From NCBI GenBank assembly GCA_043813605.1, contig JBDRKX010000001.1, positions 1 through 21,061 on the forward strand: a stretch of DNA of 21,061 bases. Direction: 5' to 3'. The position numbers and the translations under genes are program-made. Positions 1-7,628 of the stretch are shown here, in pieces (position 1 is the stretch's first letter; each line of letters starts with the position of its first letter). The notes below the pieces were generated by a model. It was not told the DNA's origin and ran no database searches. It saw only the letters and a list, made by a program, of their open reading frames with translations. The stretch comes from Elusimicrobiota bacterium (GTDB lineage Bacteria; CG03; SLGR01; JBDRKX01).

Positions 1-1172
1 AACTCGTCCCAGTCAGTAAGTATCAGAAGAAGGTCACAACCTTCGGCAGTTTCGTATATATCGTCAAAATAATCGACTTCGGCAGGGAGTATTTTGCTTG
101 CATTATCGCGGGCAACAGGATCGCAGGCCCTTATTTTGGCGCCTTCCGCAACGAGCTGGTTTATTATCTCTATTGACGGTGCATTGCGCATATCATCAGT
201 ATCAGGCTTAAAAGCCAGTCCGAGTATACCGATCGTCTTTTCGCGCAGGTTCCATACGGCATTTCTTACTTTTTCGACTATTAGCTTGAACTGCCTTATG
301 TTTATATTCTGGACTTCTTTTAAAAGAGAGAAATCATATCCGAGTTTTTCCGAAATATCTATAAATGCAGAAAGGTCTTTCGGGAAACAGCTGCCGCCGA
401 ACCCGACTCCCGCTTCAAGAAACTGTTTTCCTATACGCTTATCGAGTCCCATTCCCCGTGACACTTCTTTCACATCGGCATTGGTCTTTTCGCATATATT
501 AGATACCGCGTTTATATAGGATATTTTCATGGCAAGAAAAGAATTGGATGCATGTTTAATAAGTTCGGCGCTGGCTATGTTTGTGACAAGTATTGTGGTC
601 TTGTCTTTCAGCGGCGCATACAGTTCAAGCATCTTTTCCCGCGCCCTCTCGCTCTCTACCCCGATAACTATCCTGTCAGGATTAGAGAAATCCTCTATTG
701 CTTTGCCCTCTCTCAGAAATTCCGGGTTGGATGCAACGTCATATTCGGCTCCTTCCGGCGCATATTTTTCTATAGTCTTTGTTATCCATTTACCTGTCTC
801 CACGGGCACGGTACTTTTGGACACTATTATCCTGTAATCAGTTATACATTCGGCGATCTCTTTAGAAACGGCTTCCACATAACAGAGGTCAGCGGAACCG
901 TCCGGTCTGGGAGGCGTGCTCACCGCAACGAATATCAGCTCACAATTCTCAACGCCCTGTTTGATATCGGTACTGAAAGACAGCCTTTTTTCTTTAATGT
1001 TCTTTGCCACAAGTTCATCAAGACCCGGTTCGTATATGGGTATTCCGCCCTCTTTGAGAATACGGATCTTTTCTTCGTTATTATCGATACAAAGGACCTC
1101 ATGTCCGATCTCCGCCAGGCATGTCCCGGTAACAAGTCCTACATATCCGGTACCTACAATAGCTACTTTCAT
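1..1172 (-). CDS. ugd: UDP-glucose/GDP-mannose 6-dehydrogenase (3' end runs off the window)
   Basis: Not in the ORF track; translated by hand from ATG at 1172: MKVAIVGTGYVGLVTGTCLAE (Rossmann GxGxxG), VSKSTVPV, NPEFLREG, AELIKHASNSFLAMKISYIN, GFGGSCFPKD (catalytic Cys), GLAFKPDTDDMR. The start overlaps the queF stop (ATGA). Confidence 0.95.
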   Translation of the reverse strand, partial: MKVAIVGTGYVGLVTGTCLAEIGHEVLCIDNNEEKIRILKEGGIPIYEPGLDELVAKNIKEKRLSFSTDIKQGVENCELIFVAVSTPPRPDGSADLCYVEAVSKEIAECITDYRIIVSKSTVPVETGKWITKTIEKYAPEGAEYDVASNPEFLREGKAIEDFSNPDRIVIGVESERAREKMLELYAPLKDKTTILVTNIASAELIKHASNSFLAMKISYINAVSNICEKTNADVKEVSRGMGLDKRIGKQFLEAGVGFGGSCFPKDLSAFIDISEKLGYDFSLLKEVQNINIRQFKLIVEKVRNAVWNLREKTIGILGLAFKPDTDDMRNAPSIEIINQLVAEGAKIRACDPVARDNASKILPAEVDYFDDIYETAEGCDLLLILTDWDE

Positions 1173-1582
1173 TTATCTTCCCCTTTATATTCTGATTCAA
1201 CTTTGATGGATATCCCGCCCCTTGGCGTAAAATATCCGATTACTTTCGCGCTTTTCGGGCTGCAGGCGCTCACAATATCATCCAGTATATTGTTGACTAT
1301 CTTTTCGGCAAACCCGGTATAATTCCTGTATGAAAAAAGATAGAGTTTTAAAGATTTGCTTTCTATGCAGTACGCATCGGGAACGTATTCTATTACAATA
1401 TCAGCAAAATCCGGCTGCGCTGTTACAGGACAGAGCGAAGTGAACTCGGCCGTCTCAAATTCAACAGTATATTCGTTTCCTTGAGAAGGGTTGTTAAAAG
1501 TCTCGAGTTCTGCATTATCCGGACTCTGCGGGTACCCGGTTTTACCCGAACCCAATATCGTAATTCTGTCCTTATCATTCAT
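1169..1582 (-). CDS. queF: NADPH-dependent 7-cyano-7-deazaguanine (preQ0) reductase, unimodular type
   Basis: EFTSLCPVTAQPDFA (catalytic Cys and Asp), QueF motif ESKSLKLYL, C-terminal PRGGI; GGAG RBS upstream; lies in the que cluster. Confidence 0.95.
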   Translation of the reverse strand: MNDKDRITILGSGKTGYPQSPDNAELETFNNPSQGNEYTVEFETAEFTSLCPVTAQPDFADIVIEYVPDAYCIESKSLKLYLFSYRNYTGFAEKIVNNILDDIVSACSPKSAKVIGYFTPRGGISIKVESEYKGEDK

Positions 1583-1596
1583 TTTAAACGCTCCTA

Positions 1597-2232
1597 TTAA
1601 ATACCGGCTTCTTCAATACCTTTCTGCCTTATCCTGCAGCTATCGCATTTACCGCACTCACTGCCGCCGGGTAAGGGATCGTAGCATGACGATGTCATCG
1701 AAAAATCTATCTTAAGCCTGAGGCCTTCTTTGTATATCTCGGATTTCTTCATTTCAATTAAAGGCGTTTCAATGACAATATCCGTTTCTTCCCTCGTACC
1801 CAGACCGGCTGTCTTTTCAAAGCTTTTAATAAATTCCCGCCTGCAGTCAGGATACCCGGAATAATCCCTCATATTTACACCGATAAAGACCGCGCCGGCT
1901 CCGATCACTTCGGCCCAAGCCGCTGCCAGCGACAGGAACACAAGGTTTCTGGCCGGAACATAAGTTACCGGAACGCCTTCCGATTCCTCAGCCGGCACAT
2001 CTATATCGTCTGTAAGGGCAGACCCGCCGAACTTACCGAGTCCTATGTCCATTTTCATATGTTCGCGGGCGCCGATCATTTTCGAAAGCCGCGCTGCCGC
2101 TTCTATTTCGAACCTGTTCTTCTGCCCGTAGTCAAATGTAAGTGTATACGGGACATAATCCCGCTCCGCAGCAATAGCCAGGCACACTGCCGAATCCATT
2201 CCCCCGCTTAAAAGAACAACCGCTTTTTTCAT
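1597..2232 (-). CDS. queC: 7-cyano-7-deazaguanine synthase
   Basis: PP-loop SGGMDS, TYVPARN, YPDCR, Zn motif SCY...CGKCDSC. Confidence 0.97.
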   Translation of the reverse strand: MKKAVVLLSGGMDSAVCLAIAAERDYVPYTLTFDYGQKNRFEIEAAARLSKMIGAREHMKMDIGLGKFGGSALTDDIDVPAEESEGVPVTYVPARNLVFLSLAAAWAEVIGAGAVFIGVNMRDYSGYPDCRREFIKSFEKTAGLGTREETDIVIETPLIEMKKSEIYKEGLRLKIDFSMTSSCYDPLPGGSECGKCDSCRIRQKGIEEAGI

Positions 2233-2849
2233 CGCATTGAAAAGACTTTGTGCAGATTGGCCTGCACCCGCCCTCCGGGGGCGTCATCCATAACCCAATC
2301 CGCAAGCTGGTTAAAGCTTATCTTACCCTTTACCGGCGAAAACAGTATTTCTCCCGCCGGAGAAGGATATTCCCTCAGTACTCCGCATGACCAGTCAAAA
2401 TCCTCCCTGTCCGAAATAACGAATTTCAATTCGTCCTTCTTCCCGAGTTTCTTCATATTGGGACTATATATACTTCCTGTTTCTCCTGAAGACGGTGTCT
2501 TGACATCAAGTATGATCTTCACTTCACCGGGCACTTTGTCTATGTCTACCGAACCGTTAGTTTCAAGAACGACATAAAAACCTTTGCCCGCAAGTTTTTC
2601 CATAAGTTCACGGCTTTCTTCCTGTATGAGCGGTTCGCCGCCGGTCAATACAACTACGGGACATCCGAACGCCGATACTTCATCAATGATCTCATCAACT
2701 GCCTTATCGTATTTTTTTTCTTTCGAATATACCGTATCACACCACCTGCAATTCAGATTACATCCGGCTGTACGCACAAACACGGCAGGCCGGCCGGCTA
2801 ACGAAGTTTCTCCCTGGACAGAATAGAATATCTCACTTATATCTATCAT
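2229..2849 (-). CDS. queE: 7-carboxy-7-deazaguanine synthase (radical SAM)
   Basis: EIFYSVQGE, CNLNCRWCDT (CxxxCxxC), TGGEP, ETNG, C-terminal QANLHK; overlaps the queC start by 4 nt. Confidence 0.95.
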   Translation of the reverse strand: MIDISEIFYSVQGETSLAGRPAVFVRTAGCNLNCRWCDTVYSKEKKYDKAVDEIIDEVSAFGCPVVVLTGGEPLIQEESRELMEKLAGKGFYVVLETNGSVDIDKVPGEVKIILDVKTPSSGETGSIYSPNMKKLGKKDELKFVISDREDFDWSCGVLREYPSPAGEILFSPVKGKISFNQLADWVMDDAPGGRVQANLHKVFSMR

Positions 2850-2869
2850 TACTCTTGCCGTATCTATGT

Positions 2870-3229
2870 TTAATCTTCAGAGAATATTGCAAAATACCTG
2901 GGTGTCTCTGATACTTTAACGCTTTCAACAGGTACTCCTTTGCCCTTGATGGCTTTATATATGTATTCGGCTATGTTTTCTGAAGTCGGGTTTTTTTTCC
3001 TGAAATACTCTATTGTGTTCAGATCCATATGGTCAAGTCCGCCTGTTATTTCTTCCATAACAGCGCTCAGGTCCCTGAAATCCATACTTATGCCGTCCTC
3101 GGAAAGTTTTTCGTATTTTACGGTCACTTCGACTTCCCAGTTATGACCATGCACGTTTTCGCAATCCCCGTTATAATTCCGCAGGTGATGCGCCGCTGAA
3201 AAATGATTTTTTACCGTTATTCTGTACAT
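2870..3229 (-). CDS. queD: 6-carboxy-5,6,7,8-tetrahydropterin synthase
   Basis: FSAAHHL, CENVHGHNW (CxxxHGH), LDH, NPTSENIA, VSET. Confidence 0.95.
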   Translation of the reverse strand: MYRITVKNHFSAAHHLRNYNGDCENVHGHNWEVEVTVKYEKLSEDGISMDFRDLSAVMEEITGGLDHMDLNTIEYFRKKNPTSENIAEYIYKAIKGKGVPVESVKVSETPRYFAIFSED

Positions 3230-3236
3230 GTCTGAA

Positions 3237-3265
3237 ATTCTACTAAATTTTCCCGTTCTTTTGAA
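3237..3265 (-). promoter_or_regulatory. Putative sigma70 promoter of the que operon, positioned for a leaderless transcript
   Basis: Minus strand TTCAAA (3265-3260), 17 nt, TAGAAT (3242-3237), 7 nt, then the queD ATG. No SD-like sequence is present. A second TATAAT lies at 3270-3265. Confidence 0.55.
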
Positions 3266-3292
3266 TTATACGCTGATTTTCCCTGTAAAAAT

Positions 3293-4630
3293 TTATGGCG
3301 CCTGTTTTCTATCCTGAACCGTACTTTTTTCCTGTTCCGGCACTTTACCGTAATTAGGGATAAACATGCTCAACAGGATATCCCTGAGAGATGATTCCCC
3401 CTCCTTTTTCTCTTTAATAAGCCTCTTCCATTTCTTCGGCTTCAATTTGAGCAGTTCCTTTCTTTCTACTACTTCCCTTTCTTCCCAGCCGGGAGAACCG
3501 AGTATAAGTCTTTTAAAATCATCTATTTTATAATTCTTTACGGCATTGGCAATAATCATTTTTATCTCATAGTTCACGTCAACATCGTAGAACTTTTTTT
3601 CCTGCTTATTGAGTTCTTTTGTAACAAGTATCTCCTCCCTTAGGAAAGTAGAGCTTATTTCTTTTATTTTTATATGCCAGTTTTTTTCTTCTTCGGTAAA
3701 CCTGTTTTTTATCCTTCTTTCGATCTGTTGCGCTATAAACTTCTTGAAATTGATCTCCCTGGCATAGACATTATCTTCCCACTGTGCCACATCTCTGTAA
3801 TCCCTGTACCGGCTGGGCCAGCCTTCTTTTTCAATATTCCAGTATGCAGCCACCACCGGCAGTTTAATTTTATCTTCATCCTTATTATCTCTCATCAGCT
3901 CTTTTTCCTTGCTCAGATAGAGTATTATGAGGTTTTTCAGTATGTCAAAGAACTCCACATTTATCAGAAACAGCGACTTAGAATCCGGATCAGAAGTTTC
4001 AAGGTAGACGAGCGCTTCTAATTCATTCAGCCTTACAGAATCAACTCTCTTGATCTCCCCGAAATCCAGGGGCATATAATCAAGTATATCCGTTTCAGTT
4101 TTAGAATGATAATATTTGCTTATTATTCCTATCGCTTTTTTTCCCTCTGCCTTCACGCTGCCGTGAATCGCCCGGACGACCCTTTTCCCAAGCATTTCAG
4201 GATTAAACGCAAGATCGATATCCATACGCTTGTAAAAATCTTCATAGGCTATATACCAGACCTGCACCATCTTGATATCCTCGACATGTTTGATCATCTT
4301 CAGCTCTATCCCGTATTGATCATATGCCAATGTAGCTATAAAATCTATTTCGGCATCTGAACTGAATACTACTCTCGAACACGATAAAGAAACATCGCCT
4401 ATCCTTTCCAGGGCAGGTTTATTGAGTTCAAATTTCTCGTTTACAAGTTTTTCTACAGGGATATGTATCCAGAGCGAATTATTATTTCTCCTTATTTTTA
4501 TATTTTTTATACCGTATTCTTTTTCTGTTATTTTCCTTATAGCATCTACTACTTCCTTGTCAGGATATGTAGGTTTATTACAGGCCGTTAGAAATATCAG
4601 GCAGGCGGTCGCCAGCAGAAATTGTCTCAT
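3293..4630 (-). CDS. Hypothetical lipoprotein, 445 aa
   Basis: Signal peptide MRQFLLATACLIFLTA|C with lipobox LTAC, followed by NKPTYP. The mature part is hydrophilic with no motif I recognise. It starts 2 nt after the FtsH-like stop (TGA-TA-ATG). Confidence 0.85.
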   Translation of the reverse strand: MRQFLLATACLIFLTACNKPTYPDKEVVDAIRKITEKEYGIKNIKIRRNNNSLWIHIPVEKLVNEKFELNKPALERIGDVSLSCSRVVFSSDAEIDFIATLAYDQYGIELKMIKHVEDIKMVQVWYIAYEDFYKRMDIDLAFNPEMLGKRVVRAIHGSVKAEGKKAIGIISKYYHSKTETDILDYMPLDFGEIKRVDSVRLNELEALVYLETSDPDSKSLFLINVEFFDILKNLIILYLSKEKELMRDNKDEDKIKLPVVAAYWNIEKEGWPSRYRDYRDVAQWEDNVYAREINFKKFIAQQIERRIKNRFTEEEKNWHIKIKEISSTFLREEILVTKELNKQEKKFYDVDVNYEIKMIIANAVKNYKIDDFKRLILGSPGWEEREVVERKELLKLKPKKWKRLIKEKKEGESSLRDILLSMFIPNYGKVPEQEKSTVQDRKQAP

Positions 4631-4632
4631 TA

Positions 4633-6264
4633 TCAGTCTTTTATACTGCTTCTTTTGGAAGGTCTTTTCTTCCTGTTCTGATACGTATTGAATATTTCCT
4701 CTATCTCGTCATATTCAAGTTCTTCTTTTTCCAGGAGTTGTTCTACAAAAATATCCATCAGTTCCCGCTCTTTTACCAGCAGTTCTTCGACTTTTTTATG
4801 GCACAAATTAAATATTTTCTGCGTCTCATTATTTAATTTTTCCTTTATCGATTCCGAAAGCTGGTTTTCCGGTATTATAGTATAATCTCCCAGCAATCCC
4901 GCTTCGCCCATTCCGAGCATCCAGACCATACCATGCGCAATAGACATGGCATTCTTAAAATCCGAAGTAACACCGTCGGAAGTCACACCGAAAGCGAGTT
5001 TCTCAGCCACGTAACCGCCGAGCGAAGTCTGCACATTTGCCAGCAGCCTGTTTTTATCGCTGGTAAATATCTCTTCACGCGGCTGGTGATATACGGCTCC
5101 GAGCATCTCTTTTCTTGAAATAATAGAAGCCTTGAAAACATCATCCGTAGGATGGAGGAAACAAAGTACCAGAAGATGTCCCGATTCGTGATAGGCTATC
5201 CTGCGTCTCTCCTCGGCCGACATAGTCCGCTTCTGTTTCATGCCCATGTCTATGCGTTCTATAGCAGCCGATATCTCCTTGAGAGTGACTATTTCTTTTC
5301 TATCCCTTGTAGCTATGAGCGCAGCTTCTTTGATTATGTTTTCTATATCAGCAGGTGTTTTATAAACCGATTTACGGGCCAGCCTTGAAACATCTATGCT
5401 CTTATCATAGTTTATCGTTTTCAGGTAATGTTCGAACACCTGTTCCCTGCCTTCAAGACCCGGTTTACCTATAAAAAGCTTCCTGTCGAACCTTCCCGGC
5501 CTCAAGAGCGCCGGATCCATTATCTCTTCAGCGGCATTCGTAGCGCCTATTACAATAATATCCGAGTCGTCTTCCTTCAATCCGTCCATCTCGACAAGCA
5601 GCTGGTTAAGAGTAGTATTGGTTTCCTGTCCGCCGCCGAACATCGAAAAACTCCGCTGGCGGCCTATAGCCTCTATCTCATCAATAAATATAATACACGC
5701 TCCATAACCGTAAGCCATAATACGCGCCTGTGAAAAAAGTTTCCGCACTCTGCTTGATCCGACCCCTACGAAGATCTCGGTGAATTCACTGGCGGCCATG
5801 GAGATGAACGGAATATCAGCTTCAGTAGCTATAGCCTTGGCAAGCATTGTCTTTCCGCATCCCGGCGGTCCTATCATGAGCAGCCCCCTGAGTATCTTAC
5901 CTCCTATCTTTGTCAGCATGGTACGGTCCTTTATAAGGTCCACTACCTCTTTTGCCTCAGCTTTAATATCGTCTATTCCTACTACATCCGTCCATTTGAC
6001 GTTCACTTTCTCGCCTTTTATCTTGCTTTTATTCGTACCGGCAAGTGCGCCTCTGAAGAATATTATGTACATTGACACGAATATCATGGCGTTCATGGCG
6101 CCCATTATAATTTGGAACGGCATCTGAGCCAGCGTTATCTTCCTGTAGAAAGATTCGAGCGATGCTATACCGAGTACCGTCAAGATCAAAAGGACAATAA
6201 CAAGGGCGCCGATGATGATCCATGTCTTGTTTATCATCCAGAACATTTTTGTTTTTCTATTCAT
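4633..6264 (-). CDS. FtsH-family AAA+ zinc metalloprotease paralog (M41) without a periplasmic domain
   Basis: Walker A GPPGCGKT, pore loop FVG, Walker B IIFIDE, SRH DPALLRPGRFDR, HEXXH = HESGH, GVTSD (third Zn ligand). Start moved from GTG 6297 to ATG 6264 because an AGGAG RBS lies 8 nt upstream of it. Confidence 0.92.
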   Translation of the reverse strand: MNRKTKMFWMINKTWIIIGALVIVLLILTVLGIASLESFYRKITLAQMPFQIIMGAMNAMIFVSMYIIFFRGALAGTNKSKIKGEKVNVKWTDVVGIDDIKAEAKEVVDLIKDRTMLTKIGGKILRGLLMIGPPGCGKTMLAKAIATEADIPFISMAASEFTEIFVGVGSSRVRKLFSQARIMAYGYGACIIFIDEIEAIGRQRSFSMFGGGQETNTTLNQLLVEMDGLKEDDSDIIVIGATNAAEEIMDPALLRPGRFDRKLFIGKPGLEGREQVFEHYLKTINYDKSIDVSRLARKSVYKTPADIENIIKEAALIATRDRKEIVTLKEISAAIERIDMGMKQKRTMSAEERRRIAYHESGHLLVLCFLHPTDDVFKASIISRKEMLGAVYHQPREEIFTSDKNRLLANVQTSLGGYVAEKLAFGVTSDGVTSDFKNAMSIAHGMVWMLGMGEAGLLGDYTIIPENQLSESIKEKLNNETQKIFNLCHKKVEELLVKERELMDIFVEQLLEKEELEYDEIEEIFNTYQNRKKRPSKRSSIKD

Positions 6265-6325
6265 AATTATATCTCCTGAATATAGATTTCCACGCACTTA
6301 ATTTGTATTCTAAAAAGATTATAAT

Positions 6326-6354
6326 AGTATAGTAAATAAGAAGTGATTATTAAA
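6326..6354 (-). promoter_or_regulatory. Possible sigma70 promoter for the FtsH-like/lipoprotein pair
   Basis: TTTAAT (6354-6349), 17 nt, TATACT (6331-6326); another TATAAT at 6323-6318. The region is AT-rich, so chance matches are possible. Confidence 0.4.
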
Positions 6355-6438
6355 GTCCCGGTAAACTGAGGGCAGAATACTCACTCAGTGCTTAAAGGAA
6401 TGTTCCGGTTAATAATACAGATAACCGGCAAGGTACTT
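6353..6438. other. Structured intergenic element (two hairpins within a closing stem)
   Basis: Pairings ACTGAG 6365-6370/CTCAGT 6384-6389 and CCGGTTA 6405-6411/TAACCGG 6422-6428; closing AAGTCCC 6353-6359/GGTACTT 6432-6438 (6 of 7 pairs). Confidence 0.35.
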
Positions 6439-6481
6439 CTTCCTGCTTATTATCTTTCTTCGAGCTCTATTCCGTCACACC

Positions 6482-6889
6482 TCAGTTAGAGTAGAGTTCG
6501 CTTCCTGAAAAATTCAGGTGATCAGGAGAAAGAATAGTGAATAGTTCTATATTCCTCTGCCGGCCGTCTGCACTCCAGGTTACAGTAACAGTTACTACCT
6601 TATAAGCTTCGGTGTAAGTGCCCACCTCATTTGCCGCATAGTTTACGTTAAATACCGTACCATACCTGGTATGAGCCTGGGGTCCCATAGAACCCAGATC
6701 ATTATAGCTTTTAGTCTTTAATATTTCTATTTCTTCTTCGGCTATCTCAAGGGCATAGTTCACCCTTTTCGCTTTGACCCCCTGTTTCTGTCCGTAGCTG
6801 AAGAAAGCCACGCTCGTCAATGCGATCGAAGAAAAAAGAACCAGCGCCACAACTATTTCCATCAGGGTAAAACCTTTATTATTATTCAT
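6482..6889 (-). CDS. Type IV prepilin-like protein (minor pilin/pseudopilin, PilV/GspI-like)
   Basis: Class III signal MNNNKG|FTLMEIVVALVLF with Glu at +5; C-terminal YKVVTVTVTW beta strands; GGAGG RBS. Confidence 0.9.
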   Translation of the reverse strand: MNNNKGFTLMEIVVALVLFSSIALTSVAFFSYGQKQGVKAKRVNYALEIAEEEIEILKTKSYNDLGSMGPQAHTRYGTVFNVNYAANEVGTYTEAYKVVTVTVTWSADGRQRNIELFTILSPDHLNFSGSELYSN

Positions 6890-6902
6890 AGCTTCCTCCT
6901 GC

Positions 6903-7532
6903 TTAAAGCTGATTACTATTCACAACCCATTCATTGTCTTTTTTCTTCAACATATACTTACTGCTGAATGACAATATACTTCTGTATAGTATTTTCTTAA
7001 AATCTTCAAGCGGTACGGGTTTCCTGATAAAAGCATCCGCCCCCGCTTCCAATATCTTTTTTCTGTTTTCTTCAGAATAATAGCCTGTTATTGCCAGAAC
7101 CTTTGTTTCTTTCCCGAGTTCATCCCTTATCCGGCGGCATATCTCAAACCCGTTCACACCGGGCAGCATGAGGTCGAGTATCACTATATCCGGTTTGAAT
7201 TTCACTATCTTGCTGCCGGCCGTATAACCGTTAAACGCTGCTTCCACTTCCACAACATATTCAAGGTCATCGATCACAGCAAGAATAAATTCCCTTACAT
7301 CTTCATCATCTTCAACAACAAGGACTTTGGGCATACTGCCTGCATCAAGCTCCGAAGGCACTGGAATATTGTTATTATACAGGAATTCAAGCAGGTAAAC
7401 CTGTGTTATCCTGTTATGACCGCCGGGAGTTTTAAATGATTTTAGTTCGCCGGAATTGATCCAGCTGTTTATTGTGGCTGCTGTAACACCCAATAACCTG
7501 CTTATTTCTGTAGTTGTATAATGTTTTTTCAT
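6903..7532 (-). CDS. Response regulator with N-terminal excisionase/MerR-like HTH (HTH_17) and C-terminal receiver domain
   Basis: N-terminus YTTTEISRLLGVTAATINSWINSGELKSFKTPGGHNRI; REC domain VLVVEDD, ILDLMLPGVNG (phospho-Asp), AITG, RKP. Confidence 0.92.
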   Translation of the reverse strand: MKKHYTTTEISRLLGVTAATINSWINSGELKSFKTPGGHNRITQVYLLEFLYNNNIPVPSELDAGSMPKVLVVEDDEDVREFILAVIDDLEYVVEVEAAFNGYTAGSKIVKFKPDIVILDLMLPGVNGFEICRRIRDELGKETKVLAITGYYSEENRKKILEAGADAFIRKPVPLEDFKKILYRSILSFSSKYMLKKKDNEWVVNSNQL

Positions 7533-7552
7533 ATCTTTCTAATCCCGTAATA

Positions 7553-7581
7553 ATTATAATGCGAAATTTTTCATTTGTCAA
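7553..7581 (-). promoter_or_regulatory. Perfect consensus sigma70 promoter upstream of the response regulator
   Basis: TTGACA (7581-7576), 17 nt, TATAAT (7558-7553); the ATG is 20 nt downstream of the -10. Confidence 0.85.
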
Positions 7582-7598
7582 GTATTTGACATATTTGA
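7573..7598. promoter_or_regulatory. Operator-like palindrome plus direct repeats overlapping the -35 box
   Basis: TGTCAA-GTAT-TTGACA (7576-7591); ATTTG at 7573, 7584 and 7593; TATTTGA at 7583-7589 and 7592-7598. Confidence 0.5.
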
Positions 7599-7628
7599 AG
7601 TATTATATAATTTCCAATTATTCTAACT

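Noticed and set aside
1169..3229. que cluster as a dpd DNA-modification or QatABCD-type defence island
   Set aside because: No dpdA/tgt paralog, helicase or qat genes are present. QueC is canonical in length and queF is present, which fits tRNA queuosine synthesis.
6361..6435. TPP-riboswitch-like words on the plus strand (CTGAG...ATAC...CCGGTTAATA...CCGGC.AGG)
   Set aside because: The orientation is antisense to all genes, the conserved CTGAGA and CCTGAT elements are missing, and no thiamine gene is nearby.
6467..6484. TGA readthrough or selenocysteine at the pilin stop, given the downstream hairpins
   Set aside because: An in-frame TAG follows after four codons, and no SECIS-like hairpin lies directly after the TGA.
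6903..7532. Excisionase-like HTH as a sign of a prophage or integrative element
   Set aside because: It is fused to a complete receiver domain next to a kinase; there is no integrase, att-flanked tRNA or phage gene.
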